A stretch of 64,000 bases of DNA from Gallionella sp. (GCA_035720625.1 DASTNS010000029.1:4014-68013); one strand, 5' to 3'; positions 33,730 to 44,263 are shown, counted from the first letter of the stretch. The notes: generated from the letters alone by a model not told the origin. Translations and numbers: made by a program.

Positions 33730-35190
33730 TCACGCTATCGCCTTGAGATTCTCCGCCGCCTCGTTCAATTTCTGCACGCCGACCTTGGTCTGGCTGATGC
33801 CGGCGGCGGTCTCCTTGGCGCCGACGGCGATGTTGCTGGTCGCCTCCACAATTTGGGTGAACGCGGCGGATTGTTGCTTCGCATTGAGCATCACTTGCTG
33901 CGCGTTTTCGTTGACATTGCCCGCCATGCCGGAGATGTTGTTGAACAGCTCGGCGACCTTCTGCGCCAGTTGCGTTACCTCATTCACGGTACGCGTGCCT
34001 TCCTCGGTCATCATGATCGAGGAGTTGGTCGCCTTCTGGATGTCGGCCACCAGCGCGGTGGCCTGCTCGGCGGATTTCTTGCTCTGGTCGGCGAGCTTGC
34101 GCACTTCGCCCGCGACGACCGCGAAGCCCTTGCCGTGCTCGCCGGCGCGCGCGGCTTCCACCGCGGCGTTCAACGCCAGCATGTTGATCTGCCCGGACAG
34201 GTCCTTGACCAGCGTGGCGATGCTGCCGATCTGGCCGGTCTGTTCGCCGAGGCGCAGGATCTGGTCGGCCATCGCCGCAATCCTCTCCTTGAGGCCGCCC
34301 ATCGCCAGCACCGCCTGATGGGTAGCCTCGCCGCCCTGTACCGTCGCCGTAGTAGCCTTTTCCGCCACTGCTGCCGCGTTCTCTGCTTGCTCGGACGACT
34401 GGCGCGAGGAAGCAGACAGCTCTTCCAGAGTAGCAGAAGTTTCATTGGCCGCAACCGCCTGCTGGCTGGCGGTGCGCTCGTGCTGGGTGATGGCCGCGGC
34501 GATTTCGCTGGCGGCTGCGGATAGCTGGCTCGCGCTGGCGGCAATATTGCGGCTGAGCACCGTGGCAATCCACAAACCGAAGGCCACCATCAGCAGCATG
34601 GCGCCCGCTGTCCCGATCACAACCGTCTTCTGCACCGCCGTAATCGCATCAGCCACGGCGGCACGTAATTTATCCCGGTGCTCCGTATCGGTCTTCACAA
34701 TACCATCCACCAGCGGGTCGATCTGGCCGGCCAGCTTGACGCTTTCGCCACGGCGGAATTCGGCGATGGCCTCCGCTTCCTTGCCTTCATCGATCAGTGT
34801 CATGTAGTGCCGGTTCACCCGGATGATGTTGCTCCCTATTTCGGCCAGACGGCGCAGAGCATCTTGATGCGTGGCATCGCTGGCAAGTTTCTCGGTCAAC
34901 GACTGGTATTGTTGTTCACTGTTTTCAAAAATTTTCTTCGGGTAGCCTCCCGCTACAGCGGTCTTGCCGTTCATCAGGACATAGGCATAGGCCGCCCGCT
35001 GGATTCGCACCAGGCTGCCGCCAAGCGCCAGTACATCCGGGGTGAATCGGGCAGTTGTATTCAACACATTCATTTTCTGGCTAGCGGCCTGCAAGTTGGA
35101 ATAGACCAATGCCATCACCGCCAGCAACAACAGGAAGGGTATCAGATAGCCCAGCAGGATGCGCTGGCGCAGTTTCATTTTTTTGAACAT
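33730..35190 (-). CDS. Methyl-accepting chemotaxis protein (paralog with a different sensor domain)
   Basis: Two TMs; signalling domain almost identical to that of 31934-33430. Confidence 0.95.
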   Translation of the reverse strand: MFKKMKLRQRILLGYLIPFLLLLAVMALVYSNLQAASQKMNVLNTTARFTPDVLALGGSLVRIQRAAYAYVLMNGKTAVAGGYPKKIFENSEQQYQSLTEKLASDATHQDALRRLAEIGSNIIRVNRHYMTLIDEGKEAEAIAEFRRGESVKLAGQIDPLVDGIVKTDTEHRDKLRAAVADAITAVQKTVVIGTAGAMLLMVAFGLWIATVLSRNIAASASQLSAAASEIAAAITQHERTASQQAVAANETSATLEELSASSRQSSEQAENAAAVAEKATTATVQGGEATHQAVLAMGGLKERIAAMADQILRLGEQTGQIGSIATLVKDLSGQINMLALNAAVEAARAGEHGKGFAVVAGEVRKLADQSKKSAEQATALVADIQKATNSSIMMTEEGTRTVNEVTQLAQKVAELFNNISGMAGNVNENAQQVMLNAKQQSAAFTQIVEATSNIAVGAKETAAGISQTKVGVQKLNEAAENLKAIA

Positions 35191-35269
35191 GGCGACTCTC
35201 TCAGTCTAGTTATGCGACAGTTTCGTTATATGGTTTTGCTTTGAGACATATTGGTGTTCGTTTTTGCAT

Positions 35270-35399
35270 GCCCCCATCCCAACCTTCCCCCGCAAGCGGA
35301 GGAAGGAGTTCCCCCCATCCCAGCCTTCCCCCGTGAACGGGGGAAGGAGTTTTTGCTCCCTCCCTTGCGCGCAGCGCGGGGGAGGGCTGGGGTGGGGGC
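35270..35399. repeat. Family A cluster (3 units)
   Basis: Read directly from the sequence. Confidence 0.9.
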
Positions 35400-35433
35400 G
35401 ATACCTTCATGCCATTTCATTGACGATCCATTT

Positions 35434-38286
35434 CTACCGCGCCAGCGACTGCTGGTTGGCGATCAATAAGGCGCCCATTTCTTCCGCCGGGACGGGACGG
35501 CTGAAAAGATAGCCCTGCATTTCGTCGCACCCATGCGCGCGCAGGAAGGCGCGCTGTTCTTCGGTTTCCACGCCCTCGGCGATGACTTTCAGTTTCAGGC
35601 CGTGCGACAACTCAATTACCGTGGCGGCAATGGCGGCATCATCCGGGTCGGTGGTGATGTGACGCACGAAAGACTGGTCGATCTTGAGCTTGTGGATCGG
35701 GAAACGCTTGAGGTAGTTGAGCGAGGAATAGCCGGTGCCGAAATCATCCATGGCGAAGCTGATACCGTGCCGTTGCAGTTCGTCCAGCACTGCAATGGCG
35801 CCTTCCGGGTCTTGCATCACCATGCTCTCGGTAATTTCCATTTCCAGCAGGTGCGCCTCCAGCCCGGTTTCGGCAAGCACGCCGAGAATGGTCTGCGCCA
35901 GGCCGGGCGAGCGGAACTGGCGCGCGGAAAGGTTGACCGACATGCCTATCTCCGGCAACCCTGCAGCGTGCCACGCCCGCGCTTGGCGGCAGGCCTCCTT
36001 GAGCACCCATTCGCCCAGCGGCACGATCAGGCCGGTTTCCTCCGCCAGCGGGATGAATTCGCCGGGGGAGACGATGCCCCGCGCCGGCTGGCGCCAGCGC
36101 ACCAGCGCCTCGGCGCCGATGATCGCACCGCTGGCAAGATTGACCTGGGGCTGGTAGTGAAGCAGGAATTCGCCGCGCTCCAGCGCCTGGCGCAGATCCC
36201 TTTCCAGGTTGAGGCGCGCCAGCAACTGTTGATTCATTTCCGCCGCGTAAAACTGGAAGGTGTTGCGCCCCTCCTCCTTGGCGCGGTACAGCGCGGCATC
36301 CGCATTGCGCAGCAGCGTCGCCTGGTCTTCGCCATCGCGCGGGCAAACCGCCACGCCGAGGCTGGAGGTAACCACGAGGACACGTCCGTCAATGGTGAAG
36401 GGTGCGGCCATCGCCGCCATAAGCTTGCGGGTGGTATGCACCACATTCTCTTCCTGCGCCATATCGGACAGCACGACGACGAATTCGTCGCCGCCGTAGC
36501 GCGCCACGGTGTCGCCCTCGCGCACTGCGGCGACGAGGCGTTCGCCTACTGCCTTGATGATATGGTCGCCGGTCTCGTGGCCGAGGCTGTCGTTGATCAC
36601 TTTGAAATTATCGAGGTCGAGGAACACCACCCCCACCAGAGTGTTATGACGCACCACGCGGCTGATCACCTGATTGATCCGGTCGGCGAGCAGGTTGCGG
36701 TTCGGCAGGCCAGTGAGCGCGTCATGCTGCGCCTGGTATTCGAGCTGGGACTCGTACTGCTTGCGCTCCTCGATGTCGTAGCAGGCGCCGAGATAGCCGG
36801 CAAACTCGCCATCCAGGTCGGTAAAGGGCGCGCCGTGATCCAGCAGCCAGTGGTAGCTGCCGTCGCGATGATGCATGCGGTATTCCATGGTGAACGGTTC
36901 GCGCCGATTGAAGGCGGAAAGGAAGGTGCCGAAGCAGAACTCGTGGTCTTCGGGGTATATGCCATCTGCCCAGCCGTCGCCCAGTTCCTGCTCCAGCGCA
37001 CGGCCGGTGAATTCCAGCCAGGCGCGGTTGACATAGTCGCACTTGCCGTCCTTGTTGACGCGCCAGATCGGGTTGGGGAATTCCTGCATCAGTTTGAGAT
37101 GGAAATCGAGCGAGGATTGCAGGCGCCGTTGCAGCGTCTTGAAATGCGTTATGTCGCGCATGACACTGGAATAGTAGGCCACCGCGCCATCCTCTCCCTT
37201 GTGGGCGAGGATCACCTGCGACACCGGTATCTCCGCCCCGCTGCGCGAACGCAGTACGCTCTCGCCGGACCATGACCCGGACTGCGCCGCAGCGGGCAGA
37301 GCGGTGTGCAGGATGCGCTCCGCCACCTCGGGCGGATGGAATTCGGCGATGGTGCAATGGCCAAGGTCTTCATCCTCGGCGAACCCCAGCATCGTGCGCC
37401 CGGCGCGATTGAGATAAAGGCAGCGCCCTTCCGGGGAAGCGGTGCCGGCAATGTCGGTGGTGGTTTCGAGAATGGCGGCCAGCGCGGCGTTTTCCCGCGC
37501 GCGGCGGTCGAGTTCATTGAGCAGCTCGGCGGTCTGTGCCGCGGTGGTGTTGAACGTCAATACCAGTTCGCCGATCTCGTCGTGCGAATGGAAGTCCATG
37601 CGCACGTTCCGCTCGCCGGCGGCGAAGCGCCGGGCGAAATCGGTCAGATTGAGGATCGGCAGGGTGATGCGCGAGCGCACGTAGAAGAAGATCCAGAGCA
37701 TGAGCAGGATTTCCACTATCTGCACCAGATAGATGATGAAATCTACCCGCCAGTTGGCGGTGTTAGCGGCTTTTTCGAGCGCGCTTACCAGGCGATCGGC
37801 CTCATCCAGCATCACCACCGCATCAGCGGCCACCTCGTTCCAGGCTGCGCGTCGCGCCGCCAAGCCTGGCTCCGTCAGCAGCCGTTCCAGCGCGGCGTGC
37901 TGGTGCTGCCAGGTTTTATCGATCCGCTCCAGTTGCCCTTCCAGATTGTCCCCGGTGCTGCGCATCAGCGGATGAAGGCGGCCAATCTCGCGCGCCACGC
38001 TGGCATAACGCAGGTTAAACGTATTCTCCCCCTCCTTCTCTGACTGTCTGGCAGTCTCGCCATCCAGCACGAAGCCGGCTGAATTGAAGGCGATCTTCTG
38101 GGAGAGATAACGCAACTGCCCGCTCTGGTTGATGATGTCGGCGATATTCGAGATGCTGTCGTGCATCGTATTGGAAAAATACAGGTTGCCGGTGGCGATT
38201 ATCGCCAGCAACAGGAACACCCCGCCCAGCTTGAGGCTCACCGACAAGTGGCGGGGTATCGCAGTGGATTTGGGCGCGGCGTCCAT
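35434..38286 (-). CDS. NarX/PilJ-like sensor-HAMP-PAS-PAS-GGDEF-EAL protein
   Basis: IINQSGQLRYLSQK (P-box-like), HAMP DEIGEL, RYGGDEF with REGD I-site, EAL and DDFGTGYSS motifs. Confidence 0.92.
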   Translation of the reverse strand: MDAAPKSTAIPRHLSVSLKLGGVFLLLAIIATGNLYFSNTMHDSISNIADIINQSGQLRYLSQKIAFNSAGFVLDGETARQSEKEGENTFNLRYASVAREIGRLHPLMRSTGDNLEGQLERIDKTWQHQHAALERLLTEPGLAARRAAWNEVAADAVVMLDEADRLVSALEKAANTANWRVDFIIYLVQIVEILLMLWIFFYVRSRITLPILNLTDFARRFAAGERNVRMDFHSHDEIGELVLTFNTTAAQTAELLNELDRRARENAALAAILETTTDIAGTASPEGRCLYLNRAGRTMLGFAEDEDLGHCTIAEFHPPEVAERILHTALPAAAQSGSWSGESVLRSRSGAEIPVSQVILAHKGEDGAVAYYSSVMRDITHFKTLQRRLQSSLDFHLKLMQEFPNPIWRVNKDGKCDYVNRAWLEFTGRALEQELGDGWADGIYPEDHEFCFGTFLSAFNRREPFTMEYRMHHRDGSYHWLLDHGAPFTDLDGEFAGYLGACYDIEERKQYESQLEYQAQHDALTGLPNRNLLADRINQVISRVVRHNTLVGVVFLDLDNFKVINDSLGHETGDHIIKAVGERLVAAVREGDTVARYGGDEFVVVLSDMAQEENVVHTTRKLMAAMAAPFTIDGRVLVVTSSLGVAVCPRDGEDQATLLRNADAALYRAKEEGRNTFQFYAAEMNQQLLARLNLERDLRQALERGEFLLHYQPQVNLASGAIIGAEALVRWRQPARGIVSPGEFIPLAEETGLIVPLGEWVLKEACRQARAWHAAGLPEIGMSVNLSARQFRSPGLAQTILGVLAETGLEAHLLEMEITESMVMQDPEGAIAVLDELQRHGISFAMDDFGTGYSSLNYLKRFPIHKLKIDQSFVRHITTDPDDAAIAATVIELSHGLKLKVIAEGVETEEQRAFLRAHGCDEMQGYLFSRPVPAEEMGALLIANQQSLAR

Positions 38287-38353
38287 GGTCAGTCTGTGTC
38301 AGTTTGGGTCAGTTTGGGTCAGTCTGGTTATACGGGTCAGTCTGGTTATACGG
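38287..38353. repeat. Short tandem repeats (10-mer GGTCAGTYTG units, then GGTCAGTCTGGTTATACG x2)
   Basis: Read directly; immediately 5' of the GGDEF-EAL start codon. Confidence 0.85.
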
Positions 38354-38382
38354 TTCCGTCCTGGGGCATTGGTATTTTTTTA

Positions 38383-38532
38383 CCCCCCCACCCCAACCCT
38401 CCCCCGCGCTGCGCGCAGGGGAGGGAGTGAAAGCTCCTTCCTCCGCCTGCGGGGTAACCAGCGACTTAGCTGCGGTCTTTGGCAGCTTAGTCGAATGGCT
38501 AGTTGTTTCACCCAGAAGGTTGGGATGGGGGC
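38383..38532. repeat. Family A inverted pair with nested family B element (38455-38514)
   Basis: Read directly from the sequence. Confidence 0.9.
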
Positions 38533-38568
38533 ATCTTCGAAAACATAACGATCTTCCGATCAGTTCAG

Positions 38569-39738
38569 CTATACGCTTTCGTTGACGATCCATTCCTCCC
38601 GCGCCAGCAGCGCGGGCAGGTCCAGCACCGCCATCATCTTGCCGCCGTAAGGCGCGGTACCCTTGACCTCTGCCCCGTGCTGTTCGCGCAGTGCCGCCGG
38701 GGCAGCCTGCAATGCTTCCTCACGCAGATAGATCACGTCATGCACCTGATCCACCGCCACGCCGACCGCCTGCTCACCGAGGCCTGTGCCGAGCCAGGTC
38801 GAAGCACGGGCGACCACGACTTTGCCGCCGCCCTGCGTCGTGCGCGGCAGGTTGAGCGCGGCGCGCAGATCGAGCAGGGTGAACAGATTGCCGCGCAGGC
38901 TGATGGCGCCGAGGATGTGCTGTGGGCAGCAGGGAATCGGGCATGGGCTGGCGATGTCGCAGAACTCCTGTATCGCCCCAAGCTCGATGCCGAAGTATTC
39001 GCCGTCCAGTTCCACCACTGCCAGCGGCAGGCGCGCGCCCTCTTCTTCGGCGGCGGCTTCCATCAGCGCCTTGGCGCGTGCGTGGAATATCGCGTGCTCT
39101 TCCGGTGTGGCTTCTGGGCAGAAGTGCATGCCCCCACCCCAACCTTCCCCCGCAAGCGGGGGAGGGGGTGCGTTGGGTGTCTCCCCCGCGCTGCACGCAA
39201 GGGAGGGGGTGTTGCTCCTTCCCTCGCCTGCGGGGGAAGGTTGGGATGGGGGCGTTGTTCCTTCCTCCGCTTGCGGGGGAGGGCTGGGGAGGGGGCGGTT
39301 CGGCGGATGCACCAACTGGCTTACATCCAGCAGCGTCACGATGTTGTCGCCCACCCGCACTTCGCCCGCCACCAGATGCGCATGGTGATACGTTTCCCCA
39401 TCGAATTTCGGCGGGGGTTGGATGGCATCAAGAGAAATCTCGATCACCTCGCGTACCTCGCTGACGATCAGCCCCATCAGTAACTGATCCAGTTCCAGTA
39501 TCACGATTTGATCGCTGAGGCGATAAGGCCGGGCAGGGTGGCCGAAACGCAGGTTGAGATCGGAGACGGGAACGATCTGGCCGCGCAGGTTGAAGATGCC
39601 GGCGATGTAAGGCGGCGCTTCCTCAACCGGAGTGAGTTCCGGCAGCCAGACCGATTCGCGCACCAGCGTGGCGTCCAGACCGAACCGCGCATCGTCCAAG
39701 TCGAAAATCAGCAGGGTGCGGGGGGGGGAATATACCAT
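38569..39738 (-). CDS. cheW: Tandem double-CheW protein with a repeat-derived linker
   Basis: GIFNLRGQIVPV and GAISLRGNLFTL (two CheW domains); ~57-aa repeat insert at 39128-39300. Confidence 0.92.
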   Translation of the reverse strand: MVYSPPRTLLIFDLDDARFGLDATLVRESVWLPELTPVEEAPPYIAGIFNLRGQIVPVSDLNLRFGHPARPYRLSDQIVILELDQLLMGLIVSEVREVIEISLDAIQPPPKFDGETYHHAHLVAGEVRVGDNIVTLLDVSQLVHPPNRPLPSPPPQAEEGTTPPSQPSPAGEGRSNTPSLACSAGETPNAPPPPLAGEGWGGGMHFCPEATPEEHAIFHARAKALMEAAAEEEGARLPLAVVELDGEYFGIELGAIQEFCDIASPCPIPCCPQHILGAISLRGNLFTLLDLRAALNLPRTTQGGGKVVVARASTWLGTGLGEQAVGVAVDQVHDVIYLREEALQAAPAALREQHGAEVKGTAPYGGKMMAVLDLPALLAREEWIVNESV

Positions 39739-39906
39739 TTCAGGAATGGCACAAGGAGGCAGGATGCAATGCGAGGTGCGGCCGACACGCCACGGTTCGA
39801 TGCCGCACGGCGTATCTTGAGGAGATTTCTTGTTGTTGTGCTATCACCGAGCCGCCCTCCCTGGGAAACTGCATGTGGACAAAACGCTTCGCAGGATAGG
39901 CGTAAA

Positions 39907-39933
39907 AAATCGGACGGTCAACATTCCTCTTTA
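39907..39933 (-). promoter_or_regulatory. Putative sigma28 (FliA) promoter for the chemosensory operon
   Basis: Minus strand TAAA-N15-TCCGATTT versus consensus TAAA-N15-GCCGATAA. Confidence 0.45.
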
Positions 39934-39944
39934 GCAGCTTATGT

Positions 39945-39973
39945 TTGACAGGGGCAACGGTGTCGAAGATACT
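39945..39973 (+). promoter_or_regulatory. Putative sigma70 promoter for the cyclase gene
   Basis: TTGACA-N17-GATACT, about 55 nt upstream of ATG 40029. Confidence 0.6.
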
Positions 39974-40028
39974 CAAAATCCTTGTGGTTGAATTTTGAAT
40001 TCCCAATATTTCATATTCACATCGACAC

Positions 40029-41126
40029 ATGAAAAATGATTCAGGCAAAGAGGCAGTACATCGCCTGCAGGCATTGATCACGCGCGAAACCGGCGCGCCT
40101 TTCAAGCCCGCTGTGGAAGCGGAAATGGGATCTATTATCCGGCATGCATGCGGGGTTGGCGGCGAGAACATCGCGGCTGGTCATGAGCCCTTTTTCGCAC
40201 GGCGCGAGGTCACCATTCTGCTTGCCGACTTGAGAGGTTTTACTGCCATCACGGCCACGCTTCCCGCAGGAACGGTGATTGCAATGCTCAATCGCTGTCT
40301 GGGGCGAATGAGCGAAATAGTCTCTCGCCATCATGGTGTCATCGATAAATTCATGGGCGATTCCATCATGGTGCTGTTCGGCGCACCGATCAGCCACACT
40401 GATGATGTGCAACGGGCGCTGGCTTGCGCAATCGAGATGCAACTCGCAATGACAGAACTCAACAATCAAAACCAGCAGAATGGTATACCGGAGCTGTTCA
40501 TGGGCATCGGTATCAATACCGGCAGCGTCATGGCTGGCAAGTTCGGATCAAACTTCCATTCCGGATATACGGTGATCGGTGATGAGGTCAATCTCACTTC
40601 GCGTATCGAATCTTTCAGCCTGCGCGGCCAGGTCTTGATCAGTGAGAACACCTTCGAACACTGCCGCGACTTTGTCACCGTCGGCGAGGCGATGGAGGTG
40701 TTTGTTAAAGGCAAGACGCAACCGGTCAAATTACGCGAGTTGTATGCGATTCCCTCGCTGAATCTCGAAGTGCTGCGTAAGGAAGTCCGCCGAAGCAAGC
40801 GTATGGAAGTCAAACTTCCCTGCTCGTTCAACCTCATTCAAAACAAGATCGTGATGCCGCAAACATTCGATGCAACCATCCGCGACATCGGCTATTACGG
40901 CATGCTGATAGAAACCAAACATCCGCTCAAGGAGCTCGACGATGTAAAACTTGAATTTGATCTTCCGCTGATCGACTTCAAGGCATCCGATATCTATGCG
41001 AAAGTCGTCAGATTAAGACATGACGAAAGCCGGTATCTCGCAGGGGTTGAGTTCACGTCTATCAGCCATGAGACCAACATGAAAATCCAGTTGTTCGTGC
41101 AGTTGCTGGTGACAGCGGCGGCATAG
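40029..41126 (+). CDS. Class III adenylate cyclase with C-terminal PilZ-like domain
   Basis: LADLRGFT, DKFMGD, IGINTG and YTVIGDEVNLTSRIE motifs; RRSKR...DIGYYG fits PilZ RxxxR/DxSxxG. Confidence 0.85.
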   Translation: MKNDSGKEAVHRLQALITRETGAPFKPAVEAEMGSIIRHACGVGGENIAAGHEPFFARREVTILLADLRGFTAITATLPAGTVIAMLNRCLGRMSEIVSRHHGVIDKFMGDSIMVLFGAPISHTDDVQRALACAIEMQLAMTELNNQNQQNGIPELFMGIGINTGSVMAGKFGSNFHSGYTVIGDEVNLTSRIESFSLRGQVLISENTFEHCRDFVTVGEAMEVFVKGKTQPVKLRELYAIPSLNLEVLRKEVRRSKRMEVKLPCSFNLIQNKIVMPQTFDATIRDIGYYGMLIETKHPLKELDDVKLEFDLPLIDFKASDIYAKVVRLRHDESRYLAGVEFTSISHETNMKIQLFVQLLVTAAA

Positions 41127-41247
41127 GGGCAGGAATTAAATCCGGACTGGCGAGCAAACCAGAACCCAAATACTGAACATCCCGGCACATTCCTGCCATA
41201 CACCAAGGGCAGCGTGGCACAGACCTGCCGCTCACCAACGTTGAATG

Positions 41248-41272
41248 AAATGGGGTTCACCGAACCCCATTT
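41248..41272. terminator. Intrinsic terminator-like hairpin
   Basis: AAATGGGGTTC-acc-GAACCCCATTT, a perfect 11-bp stem between convergent genes. Confidence 0.6.
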
Positions 41273-41297
41273 ATCCATTTGCCTGCTCAGTGAATCT

Positions 41298-41378
41298 TTA
41301 TGCACGAACTGCCGGCTGAGGCTTCTTTGGCTGCTTCGGTTTTTTTGTTTCTCTGCGTGGTTTGTCACGATTACCCAT
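41298..41378 (-). CDS. 26-aa Lys/Pro-rich microprotein MGNRDKPRRETKKPKQPKKPQPAVRA
   Basis: AAGGAG 7 nt before ATG, upstream sigma54 motif and downstream hairpin; below the ORF-track length cutoff. Confidence 0.65.
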   Translation of the reverse strand: MGNRDKPRRETKKPKQPKKPQPAVRA

Positions 41379-41469
41379 GGGTGCTCTCCTTTCATGGTGT
41401 GAGTGTATAACGAAACGGGCTCAGCCTTGACCCTATTTAGCCATTCGACCAGGCCAGGTTCAAGTGCCG

Positions 41470-41485
41470 TGCAAAGGGCATGCCG
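41470..41485 (-). promoter_or_regulatory. Putative sigma54 promoter
   Basis: Minus strand CGGCATGCCCTTTGCA (GG-N10-GC, with GGCA and TTGCA). Confidence 0.55.
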
Positions 41486-41561
41486 GGGTTCCGTTCTTGC
41501 TGGCACATTATCGCTTTGGGCATTACACTGGAATCCGTTCAACCTTTGCATTTCAGCAGCC

Positions 41562-42107
41562 ATGGCCACAGACGCACAAAATAATTATCTGGTGATCACC
41601 GCTTCGGGAGAAGACAAGGTGGGTCTCGTCGATCGGCTTTCGAGCAAGATCGCTGAGAGCGGATGCAATATCGAAGAAAGCCGTATGGCCGTATTGGGCG
41701 GGCAGTTCGCCCTGATCATGCTGCTTTCCGGCCCATGGCATGCGCTTTCCAAGCTCGATGGGCAAATGGGGGCACTGGGCGATCAGTTGGGACTCACCAT
41801 CATTCACAAACGAACTCAGAAACGGGAACGTGCGCAACCGGTGGTTCCCTATACTGTGGAAGTGGTGGCCATGGATCATCCCGGCATCGTGCGCAACCTG
41901 GCTGCATTCTTTTCCAGGAACGGTATCAATATCGAGGAACTCCAGACCGACACCTACCCGGCGCCGCACACCGGCACAACCATGTTTTCCGTCAGCATGA
42001 CGGTGGGCATTCATGCGGACGTTCATATTTCCACCTTGCGCGGAAATTTCCTCGATTACTGCGATGACCTGAATCTGGACGCGACTTTTGAGCCCGCACG
42101 GGTGTGA
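41562..42107 (+). CDS. gcvR: Glycine cleavage system regulator GcvR-like (two ACT domains)
   Basis: YLVITASGEDKVG..GCNIEESRMA and DHPGIV..FFS..GINIEEL motifs. Confidence 0.85.
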   Translation: MATDAQNNYLVITASGEDKVGLVDRLSSKIAESGCNIEESRMAVLGGQFALIMLLSGPWHALSKLDGQMGALGDQLGLTIIHKRTQKRERAQPVVPYTVEVVAMDHPGIVRNLAAFFSRNGINIEELQTDTYPAPHTGTTMFSVSMTVGIHADVHISTLRGNFLDYCDDLNLDATFEPARV

Positions 42108-42251
42108 TGTCCGGCTAGGTATGCGGGCATCAAGAAAAACCGCAACTCCCTGTCCCTTTGTGTTGGCTGGACTTTAATCCGGATTATCTATTAGGCGCAG
42201 TGGGCTTCAACCGGGCATGCAAGCTATCAATCCCGACAACGTGGTTGGCGC

Positions 42252-42301
42252 GTAGGGGCGAATTTATTTGCCCATTTTTGTGCGGATGAATCCGCACCTA
42301 C
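42252..42301. repeat. GTAG-type REP doublet
   Basis: GTAGGGGCGAATTTATTTGCCC...GTGCGGATGAATCCGCACCTAC. Confidence 0.8.
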
Positions 42302-42409
42302 ACCCCATTGATTATTCGGCGCTGCCCGGCTAATGAACAATCCGGGTTTAACGGAACCGTTTCCTGAAGGCGGATAACATCACCGGCAGAAGCACGAGTC
42401 CGATGGGCG

Positions 42410-43435
<1,026 letters not shown>

Positions 43436-43458
43436 GATGTCCTCTATAAATGGGGTCT

Positions 43459-43529
43459 GTAGGGGTGCGATTTATCGCGCCCTTTTTCAGTACGGTGATA
43501 AATCAGGGCGCGATGAATCGTGCCCCTAC
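43459..43529. repeat. GTAG-type REP doublet; supplies the trpG stop codon
   Basis: GTAGGGGTGCGATTTATCGCGCCC...GGGCGCGATGAATCGTGCCCCTAC. Confidence 0.85.
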
Positions 43530-44095
43530 ACATTTCCCTGTAAAAAATTCTTCAGCATGTCGTGCCCATGCTCGGTCAGAATGGATTCCGGATGGAATTG
43601 CACGCCGTGTACCGCCAGCGTCTTGTGGCGCACGCCCATGATCTCGCCGTCGTCGGCCCATGCGGTGATCTCCAGACAGTCCGGCAGGGTCTCGCGCTCG
43701 ATCACCAGCGAGTGGTAGCGCGTTGCGGTGAACGGGTTCGGCAGGCCGGTGAACACGCTGGTGTTGTGGTGGTGGATTGCCGAGGTCTTGCCGTGCATCA
43801 ACTGCTTGGCGTGAACGATCTTGCCACCGAATGCCTGGCCGATGCTCTGGTGGCCGAGGCACACGCCGAGGATTGGAATCTTGCCGGCAAATCGCTGGAT
43901 TGCTTCAACCGATACGCCTGCCTCGTTCGGCGTGCATGGGCCGGGCGACACCACGATATGCTGCGGGTTCATTTCTTCGATTTGTGCAACCGTGACTTCA
44001 TCGTTGCGGCGCACCACTACATCCGCGCCGAGTTCGGCAAAATACTGCACCAGGTTGTAGGTGAAGGAATCGTAATTGTCGATCATTAACAGCAT
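43526..44095 (-). CDS. trpG: Anthranilate synthase component II
   Basis: [26 protein letters not shown] and QFHPES motifs. Confidence 0.96.
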   Translation of the reverse strand: MLLMIDNYDSFTYNLVQYFAELGADVVVRRNDEVTVAQIEEMNPQHIVVSPGPCTPNEAGVSVEAIQRFAGKIPILGVCLGHQSIGQAFGGKIVHAKQLMHGKTSAIHHHNTSVFTGLPNPFTATRYHSLVIERETLPDCLEITAWADDGEIMGVRHKTLAVHGVQFHPESILTEHGHDMLKNFLQGNV

Positions 44096-44122
44096 ACAAA
44101 GTCCGTTTCGTCAGAAGTATCC

Positions 44123-44245
44123 AGGGCACCTCTGAAAGCCCAAAGTTTCATCGCCATACGTTGTTGCGCCTGAAAATCCTGCTTGCCTGCCGCATCTGTG
44201 CGGCGCGGCAATTTTCCCCTGAAATGACTTTCCATGTAAGCCCCT
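44123..44245. mobile_element. Degenerate MITE-like element
   Basis: Left end AGGGCACCTCTGAAAG resembles the ends of the 144-bp MITE; right end is a weak inverse. Confidence 0.3.
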
Positions 44246-44263
44246 TGCACGGCACCGCAATAT

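Noticed and set aside
41498..41515. Plus-strand TGGCAC motif upstream of gcvR as a sigma54 promoter
   Set aside because: GG-to-GC spacing is 9 nt rather than the obligatory 10.
40994..41569. 191-aa minus-strand ORF across the cyclase-gcvR gap
   Set aside because: Overlaps both neighbours and has no motifs; the SD and terminator signals instead fit the 26-aa ORF in another frame.
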